Positions 49,991-62,679 of a stretch of 64,000 bases of DNA are shown in pieces. The notes below the pieces were generated by a model. That model worked only from the letters and a program-made list of their open reading frames with translations. It ran no database searches and was not told the origin of the DNA. The position numbers and the translations under genes were made by a program. This stretch comes from Carcharhinus longimanus (taxonomy: Eukaryota). Position 1 is the stretch's first letter; each line of letters opens with the position of its first letter. The stretch lies in NCBI GenBank assembly GCA_030264375.1, contig JASCQW010000128.1, positions 14,453,771-14,517,770 on the forward strand. The letters are read 5' to 3'.

Positions 49991-51658
49991 TATTCATCCT
50001 ATCCATGTGACACTAGCTAATAAGGTAGGCAGCTGAGGTGTCTGATAAATCATTAGGAAGTGTGCAAAAGCAGTTCAGGGTCACCAGATTTCCTTCATAC
50101 TTGGGATCTGTCCCAACAGTACTGTAAAGACTGGGAGCTTGCCCATGTGTGAGTTGTGCCAGTCTGCAGCACAGTACACTGGACAACTTCCATCTTGAGT
50201 ATCTTAATAATATTCAGCTCTTTTGACTAATTATAAAGTTCTTCACAGACCGGATAAAATAACCAAATGGACCGGATTTGGCCTGGGGTGGGGAGGGGGA
50301 TGGTTGGTCAGGGGTGGGTGGGGGGGGGTCCTTAAGTTATGGACCCCCTGGCTTACAGTATGCCATAAAACAATCAAAGGAGCTGATCTTTATCAGATTA
50401 CCTCGAGTGAGCGGGGCTTGGTTACTTCAGCCTCCTACTGTTTAATACTTGAATTCTTACAGTGCAAAGCACAGCATTTTATTGTCGTCTGTTAAAGATG
50501 GGGACCAGACATTCGAAACATTTATCAAACCCAGTATCATCTGGAGATAGTTTCACGGAAACAGATTGTGACTTTATGGGCAGGATGGGGCATGTTAAAG
50601 GAAATGTCACACATTTGTTTTCAATAGTTTTGAAGGCAGCTGGAGACTTAACCCAGAATGATGACTGTAATTATCAATTACCATATAAATTTTTTTATTT
50701 ATATCTAATTACAGACTACATCGTAAAAACCAACATAAAAGTTTTCCTTTTTTTAAAGAAAAGTATATATATTTAAATGAATCAAACCCAGTTGTTAGAG
50801 GGGGAAAAAGTACCAGTTCTGCTCCCAATAGCTGCCGTATAAACCAAAAGTTTGATTTTAATCAAGTTTATGTCTGTCTTTTCGTGCGAAATATATTTTT
50901 AAAATCCATGGGGAAAGTCATTGGAGGTTTCTTTATTAAATAAGTTGAGAGTTGAAATATATGACCGACTTAAAATAGATACTTCGACAGGAAATTGTAA
51001 GGGAAATTGTAACTAGTGTGGACTTGGTTAATCTGTGTAGATGAAGGTTCTCTTTCATTCAGTTTAATTTCTCCCCGGCCTTGGTAGCAGACTAATGTTC
51101 CCCTGTTTGTTTATTGAGTGTATGAAATGAACGTGTACCCATGTACAAGATGCCTATCTATTGCATGAATCAGCAATGCTGGTGATAAATCCTAAAATGC
51201 CAGGTGAATAGCACAAAAGTGGAGACTTGCACTCCAGGGAAATTTTCTTCCTGCAGTACTTGGGGTGTTGTGTTCAATGCGTCCACTGGAGAAATAAAAA
51301 TAAAATGAACTTGCACTTACATAAGTTCTTTCACAATCTCACAACATCCCAAAGTATTTTTAAAGTTGTAATGTGGAGAAATGTGGCAGCTAGTTTGCAC
51401 ATAGAGATGTCCAAGGAGGTGTAATAGATAGGCATNNNNNNNNNNNNNNNNNNNNNNNNNNNNNNNNNNNNNNNNNNNNNNNNNNNNNNNNNNNNNNNNN
51501 NNNNNNNNNNNNNNNNNNNNNNNNNNNNNNNNNNNNNNNNNNNNNNNNNNNNNNNNNNNNNNNNNNNNNNNNNNNNNNNNNNNNNNNNNNNNNNNNNNNN
51601 NNNNNNNNNNNNNNNNNNNNNNNNNNNNNNNNNNNNNNNNNNNNNNNNNNNNNNNNNN

Positions 51659-52035
51659 TTTATTCATTCATGGGACAGGGGTCGCTGGCTAGGCCAGCAT
51701 TTATTGCCCATCCCTGGTTGCCCTTGAGAAGGTGGCGGTGAGCTTTCTTCTTGAAATACTTCAGTCCCTGAAATGTGGGTACACCCACAGTGCTGCTAGA
51801 GAGGGAGTTCAAGGATGTTGACTCAGTGAAGGGACGGTGATATGTTTCCTAGTCAGGAGGGGAGTGACTTAGAGGGGAACCTGCAGGTGGTGGTGTTCCC
51901 ATGTGTCTCCTGCCCTTGTCCTTCTAGGTGGTAGTAATTGTGGGTTTGGAAGGTGCTGCTTTGTCAGTTCCTGCAGTGCGTCTTGTAAATGGCACACACT
52001 GCTCCCACTATTTGGTGCTGAAAAGAGTGAATGTT
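51659..52035 (-). mobile_element. LINE 3' end (same family as 32620)
   Basis: ttattcattcatggg...gctggctaggccagcatttattgcccatccc...cccttgagaaggtggcggtgagc. Confidence 0.75.
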
Positions 52036-52139
52036 TGTGGAAGGATTGGTTTTAAGCTTTCTGCTTTGACCTGGTATGGTATTTGAACCCTCAAACCTCT
52101 TGCTCAGATGCTAAGGTGTTGCCAACTCAGCCTGGATTC

Positions 52140-52790
52140 ACACAGTGCGGATGGAGGTCTGTGCGGAATCCAACCATTCTCTTTATTCCTCAGTTCAACT
52201 CTCACAACTACAGAGTGCAACACTCCATTCTTGGACTGACTAGATGTTTTTCCAACTTTGTGCTGCTGCTTTAGGATTTCCAGACCACCACTGATCATGC
52301 CTCTTGTTGTAGCTAATTTCACTTGGATCTCATTATTGGATGTAACTTTACTGTTTACCACAGAACAAAGGCACTTGAATTTGTCCACTGCCACCATCTC
52401 GGTGCTTCCAATCTTGACTTTAACATTGCCATTTACAACCGTAGTGTTGGTCTTTGCCTCTTTAGATTCACTGTGCCTTTTGACTAGATTTGCCAGAGTC
52501 TCAAGTTCTTCCTTTGTTCTGGCTTTGAATGTGTGTCTTCTGTACACCATAAATTCCATAAGCTACCACCTCCAATGATGTAGCCACAGCCCCCTGGTGA
52601 TTCTTCCCACACCACCCTCAACATCCTCTCCAACAGCATTAGACAATGTGGGTGACAAAAGATGCCCCCTTCCGACTCCTTTCTCAAACTGGAATTGGTT
52701 TGTGTGCCAGTCACCACTCTGATGATTTCTGAAGCATTTCTGTATATTCTCCTTGTATTAGCCACACTAGATGTTTCAGTACATCAATAT
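52140..52790 (-). mobile_element. RTE-clade LINE reverse-transcriptase remnant
   Basis: Frameshifted ORFs 52484-52765 and 52104-52559: ...LERMLR...IIGGGSLWNL(W)CTEDT...ARTKEELETL...VDKFKCLCSVVNS...NNEIQVKLA, matching the RTE layout IGG..I.NLRYADD...FKYLGS...EI..RLA. Confidence 0.7.
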
Positions 52791-54361
52791 CTGTAAGTGC
52801 CTAAGCATTTACAGTTCTTAACTTCTGCAGGGACAGTTAAGAACACATCTAAAGAAGAAAAAGAGCAGTCAGGAATATACTTGACTTCTTAGTATCCTTG
52901 AATACTTTCCTTGATCGTAACTCCTGAATATCAAGTTGATACAAAATATAAATGTCCCTTTTTTTATTCATGGAACCTGGACATCGGGCAAATCCTGCAC
53001 TTATTTCATACCTGTAATTGCCCTTCAGAAGATAGTGGTGAGACACTTCCTTGAATACAACTGAAAGCTTGTTAGGCTATTTCAGAGGACAGTTAGGAGT
53101 CAGCTCCTGTAGGATACGTATGGGCTGCACCAGGTAAGGATGACTGATTTTCTTCCCTAAACGATTTTGGAAAACATGTAAGTTTTTGTGACAATCTGGT
53201 TGCTTTGTGGTCATTATTTACTGATATTGGCTTTTTATTACAGTAGCAATTTGTATTTATCCAGTACATTTAAGGTAATAAAGTGACCATTTTTAGTCTG
53301 TTGATATTCCTTGTGATATTGCAAATGAAGTGAATCGATATTTTAGCCAGTTTGAAAATGATAACTTTAAGGAACATGTGATTCTGCAACAGGCTTCACT
53401 TCATGAATTAAAAGGATCCCGTGGTACCATTGATAAATGGGAGATAGAAGAGCAATACAAATGAGTGAATCCATGGAAAACATGCAGCCAAGATCAGATC
53501 GGTGGAAAGATTCTTTGGAGTGTGCCCATCAGTTGGCAGTTCCTTTCGATCTGTCCTTTCAGAAATCGTTTGGTGCGCATTGTGTTCTTTGCATTCAAGG
53601 GGCATTAGATGGTTATTGGAACACAAACAATATGCATGGGTATGGGGGAAAGGCAGGAGAATGGCACCAAGTCATACTGCACACATGGAGAGCTGATGCA
53701 AACACAAAGGGCCAAATGGCCTCATTCTGTGCTGTAACAATTCTGCGATTCTGAAATCCTGTTAAATGGCAGTAATTAAGAGTGCTATCCTTTTAAGATG
53801 CCTCACCTGAGTATTGTTGTTTCAGGAAAGTAGACTTTTTAAGGGCACAGAGATTATTGAACTGGGCAGATCTCTCTTGATAAAATCTGCTTTTAAATAA
53901 TTTTGACAAAAGTAAATTGGGTCATGAATAATGTGAATCACCCCATCTCACTATCACTGTTAGCTCCTTTCAGAGAAAAGACTACAATCCCTCAAATGCA
54001 GGACAGTTCTGTTCCTGAATTCATTTGTGCCCTTTTCTATAAGAACATTGAAGAGGAGTTTGATGTATGGGTAAGAATTCAGGGCAGATTTGCCCCAATT
54101 ATTTTAATGTCTTGTATTAGTTTTTAATAAAATTACATCTTTGTATAAGATAATTTTATTCCTTTTTTGTTATTTTATTATATATAGATTTTTAATGAAT
54201 GAGTGATGTTGTCAAAACAAATTTCCATATGGATAATAATGAATTGAATTGTGTATTGAATTGAAAGCACCCCAATGCTCTTCATAGGAGTGTTGTAAAG
54301 CAAAATCTGACACCAGCTACATCAGAGGTTATGAGGGCAAATGGCTAAAAACTTGATAAGA

Positions 54362-55175
54362 AACATCAGAATTAGGATTGGGAGAAGGCCATGTTGCCCC
54401 TGAGCCTGCTGCACTATTTAGTAAGGTCACGGCTGATCCTTGATCTCAACCCTACTTTCCCATCTGATCACTATATTCTTTGATTCCCTTGAGTCTGAAA
54501 TCTGTTGAACTCAGCCTTGAATATGCTCATTGACTGAGTATCCACAGGCCTCTGGAGTGGAGAATTCCAACAATTCATTGCCCCCTGACTCCCATCCATT
54601 GACTCTGTTTACACTTCCCGCTGCCTCGGAAGAGTAGCCAGCATAACTAAGGATCCCACACACCCAGGATATTCTCTCTTCTATCTTCTTCCGTCGGGAA
54701 AAGGATACAAAAGTCTGAGGTCATGTACCAACTGACTCAAGAACAGCTTTTCGCTGCTGCCATCAGACTTTTGAATGAACCTACCTTGCATTAACTTGAT
54801 CTTTCTCTACACCTTAGCTATGACTGTAACACTACATTCTACATTCTCTCCTTTCCTTCTGTATGAATGGTATGTCTTGTCTGTATAGCATGCTAGAAAC
54901 AATACTTATCAATGTATGATAACACATGTGACAACAACAAATCAAATCAAATCTCTGAGTGAAGAAATTTCTCTTTTATTTAAGCTGGACATGGCTGTCC
55001 CTTGTCCTGAGACTATAATCTGTAGTCCTATACTTTTGAACCAGCAGAAACTTCTCCGCATCTGTCCTATCAAGCCCCTTCAGAGTCTTTCATATTTCAA
55101 AGGAATCTTCTCTCATTCTTCTAAACTCCAGAGAATAGTGTGTCATTCAACCTGACCTCTCCTCACAGGATAACA
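54362..55175 (-). mobile_element. CR1 3' fragment interrupted by a Rex1 insertion
   Basis: CR1 ...ggagaattccaacaattcattgccccctga | insert | tctctgagtgaagaaatttctc... Confidence 0.75.
54589..54953 (+). mobile_element. Rex1/Babar LINE 3' fragment
   Basis: LPSIDSVYTSRCLG...KDPTHPG...LLPSGKGYKSLRS.TN.LKNS frame; aaatcaaatcaaatc tail. A second tail fragment lies at 59040-59122. Confidence 0.88.
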
Positions 55176-55699
55176 ATATAGACAGGGAGACGCCAAAGCC
55201 ATGGAGAAACTTGAAAATGAGAATTTTGTAACGTTGCTAAATTGGAAGCCACCAGGTGAATAGTTTTGGTGTGAGCGTGGACGCAGGCAGCAGAGTTTTG
55301 GATGAACTCGAGCTTATGGAGGGTAGAAGGTGGTAGACTAGCCTGAAGTGTGTTGCAGTAGTGAAGTCTTGAGGTAGCAGAGGCGGGGGTGATTGACCTT
55401 GGTTTATTGAGTTGAATTGAAATTGTTTACAATTGCACTTGAACAGATACCTTCTGATTATTAGTCTAGTAACAAAACAACTGTGGTGCCAAATACTTTA
55501 AAATTAGATTGAATTGGCAGCATACAAACAGAAAATACTGAATTTTATTAGCAGGCCAGGCAGCATTGCATTATTTTACTTTGGTCTTAAATTGGCAGCA
55601 ATTGTACTTCTCCTGTTAATTGCTGTTGTAAAGAAACTTCGATTTACAACAACTTGTATTTCAAAAAGGCCTTAAACATAAAATCTTCTACAAAGATCT

Positions 55700-56602
55700 A
55701 AAAGGAGGAGGTATTGGGGTTCTCGAGAAACATTAAGGTAGACAAGTCCCCAGGGCCTGATGGGATATACCCCAGAATACTGAGAGAGGCAAGGGAAGAA
55801 ATTGCTGGGGGCCTTGAGAGAAATCTTTGCATCCTCACTGGCTAAAGGGGAGATACACACAGTAAGAAGTCTCACAACATCAGGTTAAAGTCTAACAGGT
55901 TTATTTGTTAGCAAAAGAACATAAGAACATAAGAAATAGGAGCAGGAGTAGGCCATCTGGCCCTTCGAGCCTGCCCCGCCATTCAANNNNNNNNNNNNNN
56001 NNNNNNNNNNNNNNNNNNNNNNNNNNNNNNNNNNNNNNNNNNNNNNNNNNNNNNNNNNNNNNNNNNNNNNNNNNNNNNNNNNNNNNNNNNNNNNNNNNNN
56101 NNNNNNNNNNNNNNNNNNNNNNNNNNNNNNNNNNNNNNNNNNNNNNNNNNNNNNNNNNNNNNNNNNNNNNNNNNNNNNNNNNNNNNNNNNNNNNNNNNNN
56201 NNNNNNNNNNNNNNNNNNNNNNNNNNNNNNNNNNNNNNNNNNNNNNNNNNNNNNNNNNNNNNNNNNNNNNNNNNNNTCAGAAGCTTTTTCCCAGGATGAA
56301 AGAGTCAATTACTAGGGCGCATAGATTTAAGATGTGAGGGGCAAGGTTTCAAGGTGGTGTACGAAGCAGATTTTTTACATAGAGAGTAGTAGTTGCCTGG
56401 AACTCGTTGCCAGGGAGGTAGTGGAAGCGGATACGGTAATGACTTTTAAGGGGAGTCTTAACAAGTACATGAATAGGATGGGAATAGAGGGATATGATCT
56501 CCAGAAGGGTAGTGGGTTTTAGTGAAGTCAGACAGCATGGTCAGTGCAGGCTTGGAGGGCAGAAGGGCCTGTTCCTGTGCTGTAATTTTCTTTGTTCTTT
56601 GA
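55700..56602 (+). mobile_element. CR1 LINE pieces with nested Penelope end (55856-55917) and reverse CR1 tail (55917-55986), partly in gap
   Basis: IKVDKSPGPDGIYPRILREAREEIAG frame at ~55731-55810; 3' part 56277-56602 ends in ttttctttgttcttt. Confidence 0.8.
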
Positions 56603-57175
56603 TCCTTCAAAGGGACCTTGTAAAGCAAAATTTGACCATGTGCCACATAAGGAATTTTAGGGCACATGATCAAAAATCCTGATCTTGGAGACTTTAAGGA
56701 TTGTTTTAAAGGAGAACAGAAAACTAAAGGTGTTTTAGATATAGAAATGACTTAACGAGCAAATAAATTAATATTTCGTTGAAAACATTGCCCTTTTTCA
56801 CTTTAGATTCCGTTAATTTTGCGGATGCACAATACTGAGCATTCTCTCTTCAGGTTTCCCTGAGTGCAGGCAGGTTCTCAATTTTGTGGCACATCAGGTT
56901 TATGAATTACTTGTAATCAATGTGTGACTGATTGGTTTTGCCTCCAACCTAGGCCATGAAATGGCTGATATTCCTATAGGGTGATAAACAGGTCAAAACC
57001 TAAACATCTGTCTGGGTTCTTTGGAGTGCTTCCTGTAATACGGATGCACTACAGGAGCTTCCCAAGCTTCCTCAGCACCTTCCAAACCCATGGCCACTAC
57101 CATCTATAAGGACAAGGGCAACAGATACCGCGGAACACTGCCATCTAGCCGCTCCAAGTCACTCACCGTCCAGAC

Positions 57176-57489
57176 TTCATAGAATCCGTACAGTGCAAAA
57201 GGAGGCGATTCAGCCCATCGTGTTTGCACCGACCACAATCCCACATAGGCCCTATCCCAATAACCACATGCATTTACCCTAGCTAGTTTCCCTGACACTA
57301 ATGGGCAATTTAGCATGGCCAATCCACTTAACCCACACATCTTTGGGCTGTGGGAGGAAACCAGAGCACCCGGAGGAAAGCCACGCAGACACGGGGAGAA
57401 TGTGCAAACTCCACACAGACAGTGACCCAAGCTGGGAATCGAACCTGGGTCCCTGGTGCTGTGAGGCAACAGTACTAACCACCGTGCCC
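57176..57489 (-). mobile_element. Full-length HE1-like V-SINE, CR1-type tail
   Basis: Clear B box (GGTTCGATTCC on -), V-domain, tail ending gattctatga. Confidence 0.9.
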
Positions 57490-57521
57490 TTGGAAGTATA
57501 TTGTTGTTCCTTCACTGTTGC

Positions 57522-58417
57522 AGAGGATGCCAAGATTTGTGACATAGTGGACAGTGAAGAAAGTTATCTCCGATTGCNNNNNNNNNNNNNNNNNNNNNNN
57601 NNNNNNNNNNNNNNNNNNNNNNNNNNNNNNNNNNNNNNNNNNNNNNNNNNNNNNNNNNNNNNNNNNNNNNNNNNNNNNNNNNNNNNNNNNNNNNNNNNNN
57701 NNNNNNNNNNNNNNNNNNNNNNNNNNNNNNNNNNNNNNNNNNNNNNNNNNNNNNNNNNNNNNNNNNNNNNNNNNNNNNNNNNNNNNNNNNNNNNNNNNNN
57801 NNNNNNNNNNNNNNNNNNNNNNNNNNNNNNNNNNNNNNNNNNNNNNNNNNNNNNNNNNNNNNNNNNNNNNNNNNNNNNNNNNNNNNNNNNNNNNNNNNNN
57901 NNNNNNNNNNNNNNNNNNNNNNNNNNTATTATTAAATTAGAAAGAGTGCAGAAAAGATTTACTAGGATGCTACCGGGACTTGATGTTTTGAGTTATAAGG
58001 AGAGGTTGGATTGACTGGGATTTTTTTCTCTGCAGCATAGAAGGCTGAGGGGTGATCTTATAGAGGTCTATAAAATAATGAGAGGCATAGATCAGGTAGA
58101 TAGTCAATATCTTTTCCCAAAGGTAGGGGAGTCTAAAATGAGAGGGTACAGGTTTAAGGTGAGAGGGGAGAAATACAGAAGTTTCCAGAGGGGCAATTTT
58201 TTCACAGAGTGTGATGGTGTCTGGAACAAGCTGCCAGAGGCAGTAGTAGAGGCAAGTACAATTTTGCCTTTTAAAAAGCATTTCGACAGTTACTTGAGTA
58301 AGATAGATATAGAGGGATGTGGGCCAAATGTGGACAATTGGGACTGGCTTAGGGGTTTAAAAAAAAGAACATGGACAAGTTGGGCTGAAGGGCCTGTTTC
58401 CAAGCTGTAAACCTCTA
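57522..58417 (+). mobile_element. 5'-truncated CR1 LINE with TSD
   Basis: AEDAKICDIVDSEESYLRL (FADDTK-like), LERVQKRFTRMLPGL, RGDLIEVYKIMRGID; TGTTGC at 57516-57521 and 58418-58423. Confidence 0.88.
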
Positions 58418-61400
58418 TGTTGCTAGGTCAAGATCCTGGAACACCTTCCCTAGCAGCATTGTGGGTGTACTGACACCCCAGGGACTGCAGCAGTTCACCA
58501 TCACCTTCTCAAGGGCAATTAGAAATGGGCAATAAATGTCAGTCTAGCCAGCATGCTGTAGATTAGCAAAATAAAGCAATTGTCTGCTGAAGAACTGGGA
58601 TTTTGCTAATGATTAGCTGCTGGGATGCAGTCATGTAAATCCAGTTGATTGCAGCCTCAGAAGAGATTGAGCAATTGAGAGGCAAGATGCCATTGGGCAG
58701 TCTGAGTTGGAGTGACTGTTGAACGGAAATGAAAGGCTGTATCCTCAAAAGAAAGGATCAGAATTCATTGAGAGATTTGTCCTGCTTGCCATTTATTGTA
58801 TGGTTTGAGGTGTGTTCAACAATTTGCTAGCTAATTCATGTTTACCTTATGTTAATTCTGGATGTTAGATTATTAGGTAGATAGATTGTTTGCATTATTG
58901 ATCCTTATAGAGTAAAATTTCATCTGTTGGTTTAAAACCATGGAATACTTTGGCTTTATGTTGTTAGCCAGTCACTGTGATTTCAACTTTCATATACTTA
59001 AACAAAAAAGTTACTGTTCCCTAACACCTGGGAACACCAGGTATGCTTTTGTCTGTATAACATGCAAGAAACAATACTTTTCACTGTATATTAATATATG
59101 TGCCAATAATAAATCAAATCAAGACCATAACAAACTTAAAATAATGATAAACATTCTAAAAGTGCGCATTGCTGGACTGCGAGCCAATATAGTCAGTGAG
59201 CATAGGTGTGATGTGGGTATGGGACTTTGTGAGTTATGGTTTTACCTTAATGAGTGCAACACTGCGTATTTATAATAAATGTGAAATTCTAATCTATGTC
59301 CACATATGATATGAATCAAATCCACATGTGTAATACAGAAACTTGTTTTCTCAGCTTAAGGGCCTGATCAAATTTTCCCCACAGATTTTTGACTTGAAAA
59401 GCATCCTTCCAGTGGGAAACACACCACCAGGAAGACATATTGATAACTTGTTCTAGCCATTTAAACCTTAATGGCTGGAACATCATAGATAACATATGTT
59501 TGAGTTCCTGACGTCCTCTCCCAACAGGTGAAAGCTCTTGTCGAGAGAATCATTTCATAAAATCAGTCTAACTTGCTGTTTAATGTGTTTAAATTAAGCT
59601 GCTGGATTCAAGTATTTTCTCAGTCCACATTAGCATTCCCACAAAGTGATCTGTTCAGTGACATATATAACCCAAAGTTAGATTAGAAATGTGAAAGCCT
59701 TGCACCTATTTCATAGGCATAAAATGGATACTTAAGCATCTGATATGGCAGACAGTCATTCCATGATGGATGTGTCCTGCCTGCATGATTGGTAAAGGTG
59801 CCTGTATTAGCATTCAGAACCATTGTGTGAAATAGCCATGCTGCTATCAATGGACTAATTGACACCAAACTACTAATGCACCTTAAAAGGATGGCTGAAG
59901 ACTTCTTCTGGAAAGGTATGCTTCACTTTTAATTCACTGATTACGAAGATGAAGGATTGCACCTCATGGCTCCATGTTTAAATTTGTGGCCTGCTGTTGG
60001 CCTTGGGATGTTTTATGATATTGAAGATGTTTAAATAATTATAAATTTAAGTTGTTGATATATCTTAGCTGAGAAAGACAGCAAGTGATGTTAATAATTG
60101 AACACTTAATGTGACGTTCCCAACTCACCATTTCAGCTGAGACAATAGCCCATTTGCATGGAAGTTGTTGATGCGTCCTTTGAAGCACTGGGCAGAGGAA
60201 TGTCAATTTGCCATCTGAGGCATTGGTTCATTGATATTGCAGCAGTCTATTCTGGCTTCTTGTGTTGACAGATCGTTTTCCAACAGTAGCACAACCTACT
60301 TTTTTGAAGTTTGGAGCCTCTGCGATGGTGTCAAGAATTGGGTATTCCATCCTGGGCAACACTTTCCTATCAAAATCTAGGTGTAGAGGTTGAGAGTGAA
60401 AGCATAAAAGCAGTGGACTTAACCCAATATAAGAGCTTATCCATAGCTGCAACCTTTATGTACTGAATGTGTATGGCATTAAATTTCCATTTGTAAGAGA
60501 CTTGGTTAATATCCGAGGACAATAACATTCGCACAAATTATGAAAACCTTGCTCAAGAGAATCTAGTGTCGTCAGTTCAGCTTGAGTAAATATAGTGCAT
60601 GTTAACAGAGCACCACAGTATTATTAGAGGGAGGTATTCTGTAATCTTTGCAGCTATCATGCCATTTTCTGTTGTATTTTTGCAACTAAGTTCTTCTCTG
60701 TAAAGCCCAGCTGCCATGTTATTGCGATTTTGGGGGAGCAATTAAAGCAATTTTTAATTAGAACAAATTGTAAATTTGCAAACTTTTAAAGGTAATTTTA
60801 CGGCCCTGCATATTTGTTAGAATACTCCCCCAGTGGCTCTCCGTTCATTCGAAACATCTGGAGCTGGCAAACAGGCAGTAAATCTGAACACCCGTTTCCT
60901 TCAACGCTGATCTAACTGACTGCTTGCCTCAACTAAAGAGGTCAAAGTTTGCAAAAGCAGATGTACTCCGGTAGTAGCAATGCAAGTTGCAGATGCAGAC
61001 ACCACCACTGGTTAATACCCCAGTTATTTACACAGGATCTCACACTGCGACTGACTCAGAGACTACCAGAGAACTGTTACTTTTTTAGTTTTATCCACCG
61101 TGTGCACTTTTGAGGCATTTTATCAGCAATAGAATCATAGAATCTTGCAGCACAGAGGAAGGCCATTTAGAGTTTTGCCCAGAGTGTGTACGTTTGAACA
61201 GTTTTATCAGATCTTAGCTCTCTTTTCCATTCTCTTTTTTAAGAAAACTATTGATAACCTGATTGGTGATCAACTGATCAACCTTGCTTCATAATTCAAT
61301 GGCATGTGACTGACCAACCTTAACGCCATAGCTATAAAGAGGACAGAGACTAGACATGGAAATATATTAGAGTTAATTTTGTGAACAGCGTGTTAAAGTT

Positions 61401-61798
61401 GGAAAAGCAACTAAGGATACTAAAATTGGTTGCAACATCCCTCAGTTAGTGAATGGACCATCTTTCAGGGTTCCTACTTATTGCAATGCAGTGATCCTTG
61501 CTACAAGTGGTTGTGTGTGAAAGCAGGACGAGGACAGAAACAGACTTGCTTCTGATTCCTTCCAGTTGGATAGACTGCCAGTGCTCATTGCCGAGATTTA
61601 TTCATGAAGAATTTTCATCTGAACAAGTTACCAAAGAATGACTATTGCCTGTGGAGCCATGACTCATGACTTGGGACCACAAGGTAGTTTTCTTACTAAT
61701 TCCAGACTACCTTGTGTTTGTTCGAACTGAGACCAAAAGCCTCAGTCTGAGTTTACTATTGGACTATGAGAACCAATCCAGTAGACTTGATTGTTTTG

Positions 61799-62033
61799 TG
61801 TAATAAGTCTTCGGAGGCAGAAGTCCCTTCACCAAAATCCCTTTATTCACAATTCTAACAGCAATACACAAAGTGCTATCAGTCAGCAGGTTACCTTCAG
61901 GAGTGCCAGAAGAATTGACATTCCTGGTTAAATACAAGGAAGAGACTCCCTGATTGGTCCATCAATTGACTTCTTAATCAGGGAGTTCAGATTCCAATAG
62001 GCCAACCTCAGTGGTCTGGCTGAAGTCATTACG
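61799..62033 (-). mobile_element. Solo LTR (235 bp)
   Basis: Termini TGTAAT...ATTACG (CA>CG), flanks TTTTG/CTTTG; minus strand has CCAAT, TATTTAA and AATAAA in promoter-to-poly(A) order. Confidence 0.7.
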
Positions 62034-62160
62034 CTTTGCCAACTGAAAATGTTGGTAACTATATTTAGTGCGCTGCAGTTGGAAAATATTTGTTCAGATG
62101 TTCAAACTGGAGAATTAAGTTTATAGGCCATAGCCTCAAAATTGGTGCCAGTCTGATAGA

Positions 62161-62335
62161 AGAAAGATCTGCATTTACAATAAGCACTTTTCATGACTTT
62201 GAGAAGTCCCAAAATACTTTACAGCTCATGAAGTACTCCAAATGTGTAGGAGTACTTCATTAGGAAATGCGACAGCTAATATTCACAAAGCAAGCTCCCA
62301 TAAACAGCATTGTGGAATAGCCAGGTAATCTGTTA
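62161..62335 (-). mobile_element. SacSINE1/Deu-SINE-like 3' part (another at 51305-51418)
   Basis: agaaagatctgcattta...ttttcatgac...tttacagc...gaagtac...caaagcaagctcccataaacagca. Confidence 0.7.
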
Positions 62336-62494
62336 TGTCTGATCTTGGTGGAACCCTCCCTTTGGGTAGGTTGTGTGAGAGGATTGATTTACCACCCCTC
62401 CCCGCCCCCCAAGAGTGCATTAACCATTGAGAGTGGCTTAAATCTATCTCAAGCTGATGGAACTGAAATGTCCCCCTAATTGTTAGACCTCGCT

Positions 62495-62672
62495 AAATAT
62501 ATTTAAGTCACGGGTAGATAGGTTTTTGATAGACAAGGGAATTAAGGGTTATGGGGAGAAAACGGCAAAGCGGAACTGATCCACTTCAGATCAGCCATGA
62601 TCTTATTGAAAGGCGGGGCAGGCTTGAAGGGCTCGATGGCCTACTCCTGCTCCTACTTCTTATGTTCTTATG
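62495..62672 (+). mobile_element. CR1 3' tail
   Basis: gggaattaagggttatggggagaa...gatcagccatgatcttattg...ggcctactcctgctcctacttcttatgttcttatg; same family at 26830-26911. Confidence 0.85.
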
Positions 62673-62679
62673 AGACAGG

